This document shows positions 36,741-48,015 of a DNA stretch of 64,000 nucleotides, piece after piece. The position numbers and the translations under genes are program-made. Every line of letters begins with the position of its first letter. The first letter of the stretch is position 1. This DNA is from an uncultured Pseudomonadales bacterium (GTDB taxonomy: Bacteria; Patescibacteriota; Microgenomatia; UBA1400; PJMF01). The stretch covers positions 28,078-92,077 of the forward strand of contig CAYMSV010000002.1 of NCBI GenBank assembly GCA_964393205.1, written 5' to 3'. The notes under the pieces are model-generated. The model was not told where the DNA came from, did no database searches, and saw nothing but the letters and a program-made list of their open reading frames with translations.

Positions 36741-38231
36741 TTAATCTTCTTGAGTATAAGCAATTACTAAATCGCCCACCCCAAAATCTAATTTTTTGTT
36801 TTTAAAAGTCAAGCCAGCCTCGTTTTTAGTTTTAACCACTTTAATCTCTTCTTTACCATGCATCATTTTTTTAATCACTGGATTAGCGATGATCTCTTCA
36901 GCGCGTTTAAGATGTAGCAAATCATTTTGTTTGATTTCACCAGTCTTAACCCTCACTCCAGCAATTCGCTCACCCTTCATCTCGAAAACTTCTAAAATCT
37001 CTGCCTCTCCAGTCACTACTTCATCTATAGTTGAATCCATTAGTTTTAACATTTGTTTCTGTAAGTCTTCAATTAAATGATGAATTACATCATATTCTTT
37101 GATTTTTGCTCCCAATGTTTTTGCAATTTTTTTAGTTTTATTAGATACCTTAATATTGAAAGCAATTAACAACACTTTTTCACCAGTAGCTAATTCCAAA
37201 TCTTCTTCAGTAATCTGACCCACTCCACAACGCAAAACTTCAACGCTGTCTTTGTCTAAACTCTGTAAAATGGCTTCAAGGGTACCCTTAACATCTGCCT
37301 TTACAATTAATTTAATTTTTTCTTTTTGGCCCAAAATATAATCTAAATCTAATTTATCCCAATCGACGTTTTCTTCAGCACTAGTAAAACTTTTTTCTAA
37401 GTCTCCAGTTTGGCTAAAATCACTCTCGGCAACTGCACTATAATCAATGCCTGCTTCTCTCACAATTTCACCCACTTCTGGAACTTCTTTTAAACCAATA
37501 ATTTCTGTAGGTGAACCAGGTAAAACTTCTTCTAAAAGCTCTCCCTTTTCATTGATTAAACCACGCACTTTACCAGCAATATCTCCAACCAATAAATCTT
37601 GACGGATTTTTAAACTTCCTTGTTTAACGACAACTCTTGCTACTGGACCCTTATTTTTATCCTTAGTTGACTCAATAACTACTGCTTCAAGAGGTGCACT
37701 GAGATCAGCTTTGAGTTCCAATAAATCAGTTAAAAGAATAATAGTTTCCAAAAGCTTATCAACTCCCTTGCCTGTCTTGGCAGAAATTTCTACCACCTCC
37801 ACATCGCCACCATATTCCTGAACTAAAAGTTCATGCTCAGCTAATTGACTCTTAACATTGTCTGGACGGACATCTGGTAAATCAATTTTGTTAATAGCTA
37901 CTAATACTGGCACTTTTGCTTCTTTAATGTGACGAATAGACTCTATAGTTTGAGGCTTAACACCATCATTAGCTGCCACCACCAAAACCACCAAGTCAGT
38001 TACTTGAGCTCCTCGTTGGCGCATTTTATTGAAAGCTGCATGACCAGGAGTATCAATAAAAGTAATTTTCTGATCTTTAAAATCAATTTGATAAGCCCCA
38101 ATGTGCTGAGTCATTCCTCCAGCCTCACCAGCCTGAATTCTACTTTGACGAATATAATCCAACAATGTAGTTTTACCGTGGTCAACATGACCCATGATTG
38201 TGATAACTGGACAGCGTTTAATTAAAGCCAT
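36741..38231 (-). CDS. infB: Translation initiation factor IF-2 (no N-terminal domain)
   Basis: MGHVDHGKTTLLD, TQHIGAY, DTPGH, NKID. Confidence 0.97.
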   Translation of the reverse strand: MALIKRCPVITIMGHVDHGKTTLLDYIRQSRIQAGEAGGMTQHIGAYQIDFKDQKITFIDTPGHAAFNKMRQRGAQVTDLVVLVVAANDGVKPQTIESIRHIKEAKVPVLVAINKIDLPDVRPDNVKSQLAEHELLVQEYGGDVEVVEISAKTGKGVDKLLETIILLTDLLELKADLSAPLEAVVIESTKDKNKGPVARVVVKQGSLKIRQDLLVGDIAGKVRGLINEKGELLEEVLPGSPTEIIGLKEVPEVGEIVREAGIDYSAVAESDFSQTGDLEKSFTSAEENVDWDKLDLDYILGQKEKIKLIVKADVKGTLEAILQSLDKDSVEVLRCGVGQITEEDLELATGEKVLLIAFNIKVSNKTKKIAKTLGAKIKEYDVIHHLIEDLQKQMLKLMDSTIDEVVTGEAEILEVFEMKGERIAGVRVKTGEIKQNDLLHLKRAEEIIANPVIKKMMHGKEEIKVVKTKNEAGLTFKNKKLDFGVGDLVIAYTQED

Positions 38232-38235
38232 GGTT

Positions 38236-39468
38236 TTATTCTATTTCCTTTAAATACTCTGCTACTCTATCTAATAGAATTTGTCGATCATTATCGGCAA
38301 TTTCTTCCATATCAACCCACTTGTCACGAAAACGCACAAGATCATTGAGTGTGGTTAATTTATACTGAATTAAAATTTCTCTAGTATCATCACTAATACC
38401 AAAAGTATCAATTTCATGTTCTTCTTCACCCGTCACTGCTGACTCAACTTTACCAGTGGCTGATTTAACAGTAATCTGATAACCAGTTAATTTAGCTGCT
38501 AGGCGAACATTTTGACCACCACGACCAATAACCAAAGATAATTGATCATCGGGAGCAGTGACAGTCACCATTTTTTTCTTTTCATCAATATCTATAACCA
38601 GACTTTCTGCTGGAGCCAAAGTGGCTTTTAGTAATTGCACTTTATCTTCGGCAAAAGGAATAATGTCAATTTTTTCATTATTTAATTCTTCGATCACCTT
38701 TTGGACTCTCACTCCTCGCTGGCCAACACAAGATCCAACCGGATCAACACCACTCTGAGCAGAACGAACAATGAGTTTGGTACGCACGCCTGCTTCACGG
38801 GCTATTGAAACAATTTCTACCGCTTCTGTTGCTATCTCAGGCACTTCTCTTTCAAATAGTTGTTCCACTAGACGAGAATCTGATCTAGATACAATAATTT
38901 GTTGACCTCTGGCACTTTCTTGAATATCCTTAACTAAAACTGCCATACGCTGATTAAGTCTATAAAACTCTCCACGCATTTGTTCTTCCGGAGGCATAAA
39001 TCCTTGACCACGACCGATATCAACAATGACATTAGGACCCTGCATACGCAACACCTGACCAGTGATCACCTCGCCAAGTCTTTCACGATAGGCGGCAATA
39101 ACTGTATCTCTTTCAGTAACTCTAATTTTTTGTAAAATTACCTGCTTAGCAGTTTGTGCCGCAATTCGGCCAAAACCAGCTGGTGTCACCTCTTCTGCCT
39201 TACTCTCATCCCACTCTAAAACTTCTTCAGTTTCTTCATCTACTTTTGTAACTGGAGCTTGGAAAATTTTGGCAGCGCCACTTTCTTTATTTAACTCAAC
39301 AAAGTAATGAAAAGATTCATCTAATTCTCCCATTTGTTTACGATAAGCAGATACTAGAGCCTGACGAATTGCTTCGTAGATATCTTCTGCTTCAATTTTT
39401 CGTTCTTCAGCGATTTGTACTACTGCTGCCGCAAAATCTGTGCGAACAATTGATTGGGTACTTGGCAT
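38236..39468 (-). CDS. nusA: Transcription elongation factor NusA
   Basis: FGRIAAQTAKQVI, S1 domain, DPVGSCVG, IGRGGQNVRLAAKLTG. Confidence 0.97.
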   Translation of the reverse strand: MPSTQSIVRTDFAAAVVQIAEERKIEAEDIYEAIRQALVSAYRKQMGELDESFHYFVELNKESGAAKIFQAPVTKVDEETEEVLEWDESKAEEVTPAGFGRIAAQTAKQVILQKIRVTERDTVIAAYRERLGEVITGQVLRMQGPNVIVDIGRGQGFMPPEEQMRGEFYRLNQRMAVLVKDIQESARGQQIIVSRSDSRLVEQLFEREVPEIATEAVEIVSIAREAGVRTKLIVRSAQSGVDPVGSCVGQRGVRVQKVIEELNNEKIDIIPFAEDKVQLLKATLAPAESLVIDIDEKKKMVTVTAPDDQLSLVIGRGGQNVRLAAKLTGYQITVKSATGKVESAVTGEEEHEIDTFGISDDTREILIQYKLTTLNDLVRFRDKWVDMEEIADNDRQILLDRVAEYLKEIE

Positions 39469-39518
39469 AATATTCTTTCTTTATAAATGTTTGCAATTAA
39501 GAAATTAAGCTAATTAAC

Positions 39519-39549
39519 AAAAAAGGACTTATCGTCAAGATCAGTCCTT
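39519..39549 (-). terminator. Weak terminator in the nusA leader (candidate attenuator)
   Basis: AAGGACT-N13-AGTCCTT followed by TTTT, located downstream of promoter TGTTATAAT (39579-39587). Confidence 0.55.
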
Positions 39550-39617
39550 CAAAAAAACCACCTTAATCTCAAGTTTGGATTATAACAGCAATCTATTTAT
39601 TTGTAAATTCACTAAGA

Positions 39618-40499
39618 CTATTCTTGATCCAATTTTTTCCACTCTTCCAATAAGCGTTTTTGCTCACGACTTAGTTTTTCTGGTATTTTAACAATTAAAC
39701 GAACATATAGGTCCCCAACTCCTCGACCTCTTAAGTGTTTAATTCCTTCTCCTCTGAGACGAATTAAAGTATGTGACTGAGTACCAGGACGAATTTTTAT
39801 TTTCAATTCATCGTTGAGAGTTTCTACTTTTAATTCCCCACCCAAGGCTGCCAAGGTAAATGGAATGTATTCATCAACAAAAACATCAGAATTATCTCGT
39901 TTAAATCGAGGGTGAACACCAACATCAATACTCACATCAAAATCATCAAAACGGATTCTGGTGCCATTACTAACACCCGCCGGAATTTTAATTTTCTTTT
40001 TCTTACCATCTTGAAGCGTAATTTCTTTTTCGCTGCCACGAACTGCCTCCATAAAACTAATATTTACTCCGTAACGAGGACGGCGAGCGCGAGCGAAGCC
40101 GCCACCAAAGAACTGTTCAAAAATTTCAAAAGGATCAGAAAAGTCAAAACCTCCGCCAGCATCACTACCCCTAGTAGAAGACCAAGTAAATGGACCTTGC
40201 TGACCAGCTCCACCAAAACCAGAAAAATCAAAACCAGAGAAAGGTCCAGCTCCTCCACCCATACCACTAGAAGGATCAAAAGCTGCGTGACCAAATTGAT
40301 CATAAGTTTGACGCTTTTGCTTGTCTGAAAGCACCTGATAAGCTTCGTTAATTTCCTTAAACTTAGCTTCTGCATCTTTTTCTTTATTGCGATCTGGATG
40401 ATATTTTAGAGCCGCTTTACGATAAGCAGACTTAATATCCGCTTGAGTAGCATTTTTATCTAAACCTAAAACTTCGTAATAATCTCGTTTTGCTGACAT
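39618..40499 (-). CDS. dnaJ: DnaJ-family co-chaperone without zinc finger (class B)
   Basis: J domain with HPD, G/F-rich region, C-terminal domain; no CxxCxGxG repeats; follows dnaK. Confidence 0.92.
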   Translation of the reverse strand: MSAKRDYYEVLGLDKNATQADIKSAYRKAALKYHPDRNKEKDAEAKFKEINEAYQVLSDKQKRQTYDQFGHAAFDPSSGMGGGAGPFSGFDFSGFGGAGQQGPFTWSSTRGSDAGGGFDFSDPFEIFEQFFGGGFARARRPRYGVNISFMEAVRGSEKEITLQDGKKKKIKIPAGVSNGTRIRFDDFDVSIDVGVHPRFKRDNSDVFVDEYIPFTLAALGGELKVETLNDELKIKIRPGTQSHTLIRLRGEGIKHLRGRGVGDLYVRLIVKIPEKLSREQKRLLEEWKKLDQE

Positions 40500-40520
40500 A
40501 AGACTGATCAATTGTACAAT

Positions 40521-40559
40521 AAATAACCCACTCTGTTTAGCAAAACAAGTGGGCTATTT
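40521..40559 (-). terminator. Hairpin/terminator after dnaK
   Basis: AAATAACCCACT...AGTGGGCTATTT imperfect inverted repeat. Confidence 0.55.
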
Positions 40560-40575
40560 ATATCTAAACCATTTT

Positions 40576-42510
40576 TTAATTAACTACTTCACCTTCTTCC
40601 GCATCCTTTTTTTCATCTTTTTTATTTTTTGCCGTAGTTTTTTTTGCTTTTCCAGCATCTTTTTTCTCATCAGTTGGAGTCTTTTTTGCGGCCTCCTCTG
40701 CTTGAGCTTTTTGCATGACTTCTCCCATTTTTTGAGCACTGCTAAAAGTAGCTTCAATAGCTTTCTCAAGTTCTTCTTTACTTGATTCTTCTTTAGCAGC
40801 TAAGTCTTTGAGTGCCTTGACATCGGCTTCAATTTTTTCTTTATCAGCTTTGTCTAATTTATCACCATAATCTTTTAGCTGTTTTTCAATTTCAAAAGCA
40901 ACGCTATTAGCCTTGTTTTTAGCTTCAATTAGTTCACGCTTGGCCTTATCAGCCTCAGCAAATTTTTCAGCTTCATTTTTCATTCTTTCAACTTCATCAT
41001 CAGCTAAATTAGTACTATTTTGAATGGTAATTTTTTGTTCCTTACCCGAATTCTTGTCTTTAGCACTAACGTTTAAAATTCCATTGCTATCAATGTCAAA
41101 AGTCACTTCAATTTGAGGCATGCCTCTAGGAGCTGGTGGAATCCCATCCAAGATAAAACGACCAAGACTTTTATTGTCAGCTGCCATTTCACGTTCTCCT
41201 TGAAGAACATTAATTTCAACTTGCGTTTGATTATCAGCCGCCGTTGAAAAAATTTGACTCTTACTAGTTGGAATAGTGGTATTACGATCGATCAAGGGCG
41301 TACGAATTCCGCCCAAAGTCTCTAATCCTAGAGTTAAAGGTGTAACGTCCAGTAAAACAACATCACTTACATCACCGGCAATCACTCCGGCTTGAACAGC
41401 TGCTCCAACTGCCACTACTTCATCTGGATTAACTCCTTTATGAGGTTCCTTGCCAAAAAAGTCTTTAACGACTTCTTGAACTTTTGGCATACGAGTCATA
41501 CCACCAACCAAAATCACTTCGTCAATATCTTTGACATCAATTTTGGCATCTTTCATGGCTTTTTTAACTGGATCAATTGATCTTTGAATCAAATCATCAA
41601 CCAATTCCTCCATTTTAGCTCTACTTAAATTCAAACTTAGATGTAAAGGTTGACCTTCATCACCCTGAGTAATAAAGGGTTGATTGATCTCAGTTTGTTG
41701 AGAACTAGATAGTTCAATTTTAGCTTTTTCCGCAGCATCTTTAATTCGCTGCATAGCTTGTGAATCTTTACTCAAATCTTTGCCAGTTTCTTTTTTAAAC
41801 TCAGCCACGATCCACTCAATAATGGCATTATCAAAATCATCTCCACCCAAAAAGGTGTCACCATTAGTTGACTTAACCTCAAAAACACCATCACCAATTT
41901 CTAGAATAGAAATATCAAAAGTACCACCACCCAAATCATAAACAGCAATAGTTTCTCCAGCTTTTTTGTTTAAACCATAGGCTAGAGCTGCTGCTGTTGG
42001 CTCATTAACAATACGCTCAACTTTTAAACCAGCAATTTCACCAGCTTGTTTGGTAGCTTGACGTTGTGAATCATCAAAATAAGCGGGAACAGTAATTACT
42101 GCTGATTCCACTTTTTCTCCCAAATAACTTTCAGCATCTGCCTTAGCTTTAGCTAAAATTTTGGCTGAAATTTCTTGAGGAGTATATTCTCTGTTGCCAA
42201 TCTTAACTACTGTCATGCCGTCTTTACCTTCGGCAATATCGTAAGCAACATGTTTAACTGCTTTTTGCACTGCGCTATCCTTGAATTTACGACCCATAAA
42301 GCGCTTAACCGAATAAACTGTAGTTTTAGGATTAAGCACCATTTGTCGCTTAGCGGGATCACCCACCACAACATCTTTGTTCTTTAAAGCAACAATTGAA
42401 GGAAAAGTATTACGACCTTCCGCACTGGGAATAATAGTTGGCTGACCACCTTGCATCACAGCAATAGCACTGTTAGTTGTTCCCAAATCAATTCCAATAG
42501 TTTTTGACAT
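40576..42510 (-). CDS. dnaK: Chaperone DnaK
   Basis: [30 protein letters not shown]. Confidence 0.99.
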   Translation of the reverse strand: MSKTIGIDLGTTNSAIAVMQGGQPTIIPSAEGRNTFPSIVALKNKDVVVGDPAKRQMVLNPKTTVYSVKRFMGRKFKDSAVQKAVKHVAYDIAEGKDGMTVVKIGNREYTPQEISAKILAKAKADAESYLGEKVESAVITVPAYFDDSQRQATKQAGEIAGLKVERIVNEPTAAALAYGLNKKAGETIAVYDLGGGTFDISILEIGDGVFEVKSTNGDTFLGGDDFDNAIIEWIVAEFKKETGKDLSKDSQAMQRIKDAAEKAKIELSSSQQTEINQPFITQGDEGQPLHLSLNLSRAKMEELVDDLIQRSIDPVKKAMKDAKIDVKDIDEVILVGGMTRMPKVQEVVKDFFGKEPHKGVNPDEVVAVGAAVQAGVIAGDVSDVVLLDVTPLTLGLETLGGIRTPLIDRNTTIPTSKSQIFSTAADNQTQVEINVLQGEREMAADNKSLGRFILDGIPPAPRGMPQIEVTFDIDSNGILNVSAKDKNSGKEQKITIQNSTNLADDEVERMKNEAEKFAEADKAKRELIEAKNKANSVAFEIEKQLKDYGDKLDKADKEKIEADVKALKDLAAKEESSKEELEKAIEATFSSAQKMGEVMQKAQAEEAAKKTPTDEKKDAGKAKKTTAKNKKDEKKDAEEGEVVN

Positions 42511-42587
42511 AATTAATAACCTTTCTTTATATTTTTTATTTAATTTCTCTTTATTTAATCTTTAGTTGTCTGTAACTATCATAGATT

Positions 42588-42614
42588 TTAGCAGACAAAC
42601 GCTTCGACTGCTAG
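42588..42614. promoter_or_regulatory. CIRCE-like operator upstream of dnaK
   Basis: TTAGCAGAC-N9-GACTGCTAG versus consensus TTAGCACTC-N9-GAGTGCTAA. Confidence 0.75.
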
Positions 42615-42621
42615 TAGCAAT

Positions 42622-43086
42622 TTAAGCTAAAACAACCTGTGCGTATTGAATTATTTCACCATTAAGTCGGTAACCTTTACGCAAAACTTTGACAACTTTT
42701 TCTCCATCTCCCTTTTTCTCTACCACCTCCATTGTTTCAACATTAAATTTTTTGTTTAATACTTCAATTTCTTCTAAACCCATATCGCTTAAGCGCTTCC
42801 AAATTTGCTTCACTATCATATTTAAAGCCTCATCCTGTAATTGTTCATTAGCTACAGATAAGTGTTCTAGTGGTTCTAAAATCGCCAACAACAAGTCTGC
42901 ATTAGCTAATTTAATTAAGTTAGCTCGCTGATTTTGACTTTGTCTGAGTAGATTTTGATAATCGGCTAGAGCCCTGCGTTCACGTTCTTGACATTGAGAT
43001 AGAGCTAGTTCTAAAGCCTGTACTTTAGCTGTTAAAGTTTTTAAATCTGAAGATAAACCAAGCTTTGATTTTTGCTTTTTTACCAT
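42622..43086 (-). CDS. grpE: Nucleotide exchange factor GrpE
   Basis: RALADYQNL, KVLRKGYRL, A.V; between hrcA and dnaK. Confidence 0.92.
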   Translation of the reverse strand: MVKKQKSKLGLSSDLKTLTAKVQALELALSQCQERERRALADYQNLLRQSQNQRANLIKLANADLLLAILEPLEHLSVANEQLQDEALNMIVKQIWKRLSDMGLEEIEVLNKKFNVETMEVVEKKGDGEKVVKVLRKGYRLNGEIIQYAQVVLA

Positions 43087-43094
43087 GATGTCTC

Positions 43095-43817
43095 CTAATC
43101 AACCATACTTTCAATCAAGCCTTTAAAATATTTCATCATCGGTAAAATATAAGGATAGTCAAAACGTTTGGAACCAAGTACCGCGAAACGACAAGGATGC
43201 TCTGGTAAATCTAACTCAACAAACATAATTCCAATAGGATCAAGCTCACTGTTGCCTAATTCTTGGCCAAAAACAACTTTAACCGCATTTTCACTTTGAG
43301 ATTTTTGAAAGATTTCATCCATAACCGCTCGCTCTTCAATCATCTGCAAAACTCGACGAGTCAAGTTGATGTCGTAAAATTCTGGCATTTGCAACAAATT
43401 CGCATAACCAGAATGGACTAGGTGTCCCTCAGGAGTGATGGCTAAGCCCAAAGCTTGAGATTTTTCTGCTAAAACCTTAGCTGTTTCCTGAAGCAAATCT
43501 TCCATTTGATTGCGATAGCGCCAAATTTTTTCTTTAACTCCAACCTCATCAGCCACAGATAATTCTTTTTCTTTAACTAGCTCATTAATATAAAGCTTCA
43601 TGGCTAAAGCCGTAGGTACACGGCCAGCACTAATATGAGACTTGATCAAATAACCTTGTTTGGTTAAATAAGCCATTTCATTACGAATAGTAGCTGGAGA
43701 AACACCAATATTGTATTTTTTATCGACAGTTTCTGAACCAACCGGTTCACCTGTTTCAATAAACTCTTCAATAATGGCTCTTAAGATTTGGATTTGTCTG
43801 GCAACTAAATCAATCAT
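43095..43817 (-). CDS. hrcA: Heat-inducible transcription repressor HrcA (short form)
   Basis: RQ.QIL.AII, PVGS, SPATIRNEM, H.SAGRVPT. Confidence 0.93.
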   Translation of the reverse strand: MIDLVARQIQILRAIIEEFIETGEPVGSETVDKKYNIGVSPATIRNEMAYLTKQGYLIKSHISAGRVPTALAMKLYINELVKEKELSVADEVGVKEKIWRYRNQMEDLLQETAKVLAEKSQALGLAITPEGHLVHSGYANLLQMPEFYDINLTRRVLQMIEERAVMDEIFQKSQSENAVKVVFGQELGNSELDPIGIMFVELDLPEHPCRFAVLGSKRFDYPYILPMMKYFKGLIESMVD

Positions 43818-43820
43818 ATA

Positions 43821-43855
43821 TTAGCAATCATAGAAACTTATTGCTAATTTGTCAA
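43821..43855 (-). promoter_or_regulatory. hrcA promoter overlapped by a CIRCE-like operator
   Basis: TTGACA-N17-TATGAT; TTAGCAATC-N9-TATTGCTAA at 43821-43847, 3 nt from the ATG. Confidence 0.8.
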
Positions 43856-44964
43856 GCTAGAACCAACTCTTTAATCTTTTTGCGAAAAACCGAGGGTGCA
43901 TATTTTAGGCTAGAGCGATGAATTTCTTGAAGATTAAAATCCATTTTTTCAAAATCAAATATAGCTTGCTTGAGCGCTTCAACACTTAAATCATTAAAAA
44001 ACACTCCGGTTTTTCCAATTTCAAGGGTTTCTTTAGGACCTCCAGAATAATGCGCTAAAACTGGTGTACCCCAAGCCATAGCCTCAATTGGCACTATGCC
44101 AAAATCCTCATCTTCAACTGGATAAATTAAAGCCTTAGCTCCTCGATATAGTTCAGCTAACAATTGATCATTAACTGTACCTAAAAATTCTACTGATTCG
44201 CCCGCTATTTTCTTCAGCTTAGGCAACATTCCTCCCTCACCAACTACTTTAAGCGCCAAATTAAGATCGCTAGCTGCTTGAACGGCTATCTCTGGATGCT
44301 TAGCTAAAGCTAGACGATTAACATATAGATAATATCCCTGTTTTTTGAATTTTTTTTCTTTTGTTAAATACTCAATGGCTTGATCAACCATTGTTACCGG
44401 AGGATGAATTACCACTGATTGTCGATGATAAAATTTTTTTATTCTCGCTTGAGTTTCTAGCGAATTAGCAATAAAAACCCCTACTTTCTGAGCTGTTTTA
44501 AAATCAACAAGACGCATATAGTGATTAATTATTTCACCAAAAAAACGAGTTATGAATCGCTCTCGCCAATGACTTTTAGCACTATATCCATATAAAACTC
44601 GTGGAGGGGTGTGGCAGTAACAAAAATGCTTGGCATTTGTTTTTGTGGCGCGCGCCGCCTTAGCCATATAGGCATTAGAGGAAGAAATAATAATATCGAA
44701 ATCACTCAGGTCCAATTGAGCAAAGGCGCGCGCCGCCAATACTCTCAGTGGAGAAAAGGTTTTTTTAATTAAGGGTATTTTTCCTAAAAAAGTTTGACGA
44801 ATTTCCCAATCAGAAAAACGCTGCCAATTACTGCCCAAAGATTTTTTATCTACAAAAGCTGTATAAACAGGCGCTTCCGGAAACATCTCATGCAACTCCT
44901 CCAAAACTCTCTCCGCTCCACCATATTCTCTTAAATAATCGTGAATTAAAGCAATTTTTGGCAT
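43852..44964 (-). CDS. Glycosyltransferase family 4 (GT-B)
   Basis: HDYL..YGGAERVL, YCHTPPR, EDFGIVPIEAMA.G.PV. Confidence 0.92.
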   Translation of the reverse strand: MPKIALIHDYLREYGGAERVLEELHEMFPEAPVYTAFVDKKSLGSNWQRFSDWEIRQTFLGKIPLIKKTFSPLRVLAARAFAQLDLSDFDIIISSSNAYMAKAARATKTNAKHFCYCHTPPRVLYGYSAKSHWRERFITRFFGEIINHYMRLVDFKTAQKVGVFIANSLETQARIKKFYHRQSVVIHPPVTMVDQAIEYLTKEKKFKKQGYYLYVNRLALAKHPEIAVQAASDLNLALKVVGEGGMLPKLKKIAGESVEFLGTVNDQLLAELYRGAKALIYPVEDEDFGIVPIEAMAWGTPVLAHYSGGPKETLEIGKTGVFFNDLSVEALKQAIFDFEKMDFNLQEIHRSSLKYAPSVFRKKIKELVLA

Positions 44965-44979
44965 AATTTATTTTAAACC

Positions 44980-45909
44980 TTAAAATAAAGCTTCTTGCAC
45001 AGAACTTTCAAAAGCATCTGTGGGTAATAATTTAATTAAAGATTTGAATCCTAATTTATTCAATAATTCAATAGTTTTCGTTTTGTCATAAGCTGTCACC
45101 CGACAAGCTTCAAGTTCAAAATCTACAGCTACCTGAGTATCAATAGTAGCCAATCCTTGACTTAAAAAGGCAGACTCTTTGCCTTCTTTGAGCCTTTTTA
45201 ATAAAGCTCCTTTAATCAAATCATCACCATCTGGATTCTTTTCTAAAAATTGATAGATTGCCTCTAAATTATTAAAACGCTTAATTAATTTAGTAGCAGT
45301 TTTTTTACCAATACCTTTAATTCCGGGAATATTGTCAGAAGCATCTCCACTCAAAGCCTTTAGATCAATAATTTGATCAGGCGTAATATCCATTTTCTTT
45401 TCCACCAAAACTCTGTCATATTCCATATCCCCTTGTTGACGACCACGAGCTGGCATCCAAACATGGGTATCATTATCAACCAACTGAAACATATCTTGAT
45501 CACCTGTCACAATGACTGTTAGTAAACTATTATCTAAATGCTCAACTTTTCGATTGACCGTACCAATCAAATCATCAGCTTCAAAACCTTCTATTTCAAA
45601 ACGTGGCACACTTAATACATCTACTAAGTCTTTAACTATTTCTATTTGGGGAATTAAATCGTCAGGCATTTTTGCTCGTTGAGCCTTGTACTCTTTATAC
45701 TTCTTTTTTCTCAAAGTTTCACCTTTGTGATCAAAACAAACCGCACTATATTCTGGCTCAAAATGATTTAGAGCAGTTAAAAACATCTTGGTAAAACCAT
45801 AAACAGCATTAACTAAACGTCCTTGAGGATCAGTTAGATTGGGAAGTGCATAGTAAGCTCGATAAATTAAAGCATGGGCATCGACTAAGAGAAAAGTATG
45901 ACGAGACAT
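44980..45909 (-). CDS. Stand-alone 5'-3' exonuclease / flap endonuclease (PolA N-terminal-like)
   Basis: LLVDAHALIYRAYYA, YKAQR, EADDLIG, TGDQD, GDASDNIPGI; no polymerase domain. Confidence 0.92.
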   Translation of the reverse strand: MSRHTFLLVDAHALIYRAYYALPNLTDPQGRLVNAVYGFTKMFLTALNHFEPEYSAVCFDHKGETLRKKKYKEYKAQRAKMPDDLIPQIEIVKDLVDVLSVPRFEIEGFEADDLIGTVNRKVEHLDNSLLTVIVTGDQDMFQLVDNDTHVWMPARGRQQGDMEYDRVLVEKKMDITPDQIIDLKALSGDASDNIPGIKGIGKKTATKLIKRFNNLEAIYQFLEKNPDGDDLIKGALLKRLKEGKESAFLSQGLATIDTQVAVDFELEACRVTAYDKTKTIELLNKLGFKSLIKLLPTDAFESSVQEALF

Positions 45910-45937
45910 GAGCCTATTGTAACAAAGGCTTTAATTT

Positions 45938-47962
45938 TTATCTTCTGGCTTTTTTCATTCCCATGACTTTTGTGAACTCATCTGCGTCTAAAGTTTCTTT
46001 ATCTAAAAGAGCTTCTGCCACTTTATCAAGTTGGGGTCGATATTGTTTTAGTAGTTCATTAGCTCTTTTTTCAGCTTCAGATATAAAAGCTAAGATTTCT
46101 TCATCAACTGTCTCAGATATTTTATCTGAAGGTCTCTCTGGCTCTCCCCAAACTCGATTGTAATCATTATCTGCATATTCTGGTCCAAAATACATCGGCC
46201 CCAATTTACTCATACCATAACGAACGACCATCGCTCTAGCAATTCTGGTTGCTTGAGCAATATCATTGGAGGCTCCTGCTGTTTGTTCATCAAAAACCAA
46301 CATTTCTGCTGCTCGACCACCAAACATCACTATCATGTTTTCTAATAATTCAGATTTGAGAATCTGTAATTTGTCTTTTTCTGGCGGGGTAAAAGTGTAA
46401 CCTAAAGCCTGTCCACGAGACACAATTGAAATTCGGTGCACTGGATCGGTATAAGGTAAAACATGAGTCAAAACTGCATGTCCAGCTTCATGATAAGCAG
46501 TCATTTTTTTCTCTAATTCATCTTGAAGACGTTTTTTACTTGGTCCATATTTGACCTTCATCGATGCTTCTTCGATGTCTTCCATATTAATTTTTTGACG
46601 ATTTTCTCTAGCTGAAGAAATGGCTGCTTCATTTAACATGTTCTCTAAATCAGCTCCAGAAAATCCCACTGTTCTTTTAGCCACTTTTTCCCAAGAAACA
46701 TCGCTATTAAAAGTTTTATTTCGAGCGTGAATTTTTAAAATAAACTTTCTCTCTTTAAGATCTGGTAAATTCACCTGTACGCGACGATCAAAACGTCCTG
46801 GTCGAACTAAAGCTGGATCTAACATGTCGCCGCGGTTAGTAGCAGCCATGACGATCACATTATCATTTTTGGTAAAACCATCCATTTCCACTAAAATTTG
46901 ATTAAGTGTTTGCTCTCTTTCATCGTGTGAACTCATGCTATTTCGACCACGTGCCCTACCTATAGCATCAATCTCATCAATAAAAATAATTGCAGGAGCC
47001 AAGCGTTTAGCAGTTTCAAATAAATCTCTAACTCGAGAAGCACCCACTCCCACTAACATTTCCATAAATTCACTACCCGCGATTGAGAGAAACTGTACAT
47101 TAGCTTCTCCAGCTACGGCTCTAGCTAAAAGAGTTTTACCTGTTCCAGCTGGACCAATTAACAATACTCCCTTTGGAGTTCTGGCTCCAACTTTTTGATA
47201 TTTTTTTGGATGTTTTAAGAAATCGACAATTTCTTCCAACTCTTGTTTCGCCTCATCCATGCCACCCACATCTTTAAAACTAATGTCTTGCTTACCTTTG
47301 ATAAAAACTTTGGCTTTGCTTTTACCAATACCTAAAATTCCATCTTGACCGCCTTTTGCCTGTTTAAATATAAACATGAAAAAGACGAACATTAAAATAA
47401 TTGGTAAAAAGTTAATAACCAATTCCCAAAAAAGTTGACCAAAGCTGGCATCTCGCACTTCTAAATCTAATTCTGCTAAATCAATGTCGCTAGCAAAAAG
47501 AATTTCTAATGCTTGCTGTCCCTCTTCTTTTTTAGTAACTTTTTGACTACCATCTTCATAATCCAATCTTAGTTCTTGACCAAGAACTTCAATCTCAGAA
47601 ACTTCTCCTTCCCGCACGTCTCTAACCATTTGACTAACAGAAATTTGCTCCCTAGCTTGTCCCAAACCAAATAAGCTTAAAATTGAAGGTAAAAATAAGA
47701 ATAAAATTACCAAGTAGATGATTGATCGAGAAATTAGACGATTTAGATTAATTTTAATAACCTTTTTTTTACGACTTTTAATCATCGGCATACGCAATTG
47801 TACCTGCTTAACTCTATCGGCCAATTCCCGAGCAGCTTTTTCTTTAGCTTTCTGTTCTTCGGTCTTTTTACTATTTTGACCCTCAACAGCAGTCTTTTGT
47901 TTTTTAACATTTACTGTATCTGAGAGAGATTCTTGTTTCTTTTCTTTATTTTTCTTAAACAT
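45938..47962 (-). CDS. ftsH: ATP-dependent zinc metalloprotease FtsH
   Basis: Two TMs, [27 protein letters not shown]. Confidence 0.97.
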   Translation of the reverse strand: MFKKNKEKKQESLSDTVNVKKQKTAVEGQNSKKTEEQKAKEKAARELADRVKQVQLRMPMIKSRKKKVIKINLNRLISRSIIYLVILFLFLPSILSLFGLGQAREQISVSQMVRDVREGEVSEIEVLGQELRLDYEDGSQKVTKKEEGQQALEILFASDIDLAELDLEVRDASFGQLFWELVINFLPIILMFVFFMFIFKQAKGGQDGILGIGKSKAKVFIKGKQDISFKDVGGMDEAKQELEEIVDFLKHPKKYQKVGARTPKGVLLIGPAGTGKTLLARAVAGEANVQFLSIAGSEFMEMLVGVGASRVRDLFETAKRLAPAIIFIDEIDAIGRARGRNSMSSHDEREQTLNQILVEMDGFTKNDNVIVMAATNRGDMLDPALVRPGRFDRRVQVNLPDLKERKFILKIHARNKTFNSDVSWEKVAKRTVGFSGADLENMLNEAAISSARENRQKINMEDIEEASMKVKYGPSKKRLQDELEKKMTAYHEAGHAVLTHVLPYTDPVHRISIVSRGQALGYTFTPPEKDKLQILKSELLENMIVMFGGRAAEMLVFDEQTAGASNDIAQATRIARAMVVRYGMSKLGPMYFGPEYADNDYNRVWGEPERPSDKISETVDEEILAFISEAEKRANELLKQYRPQLDKVAEALLDKETLDADEFTKVMGMKKARR

Positions 47963-48015
47963 GAGTCCTTATTTAATTGTATTAAACTGATTTATATAGG
48001 AGCATTATTGTATCA

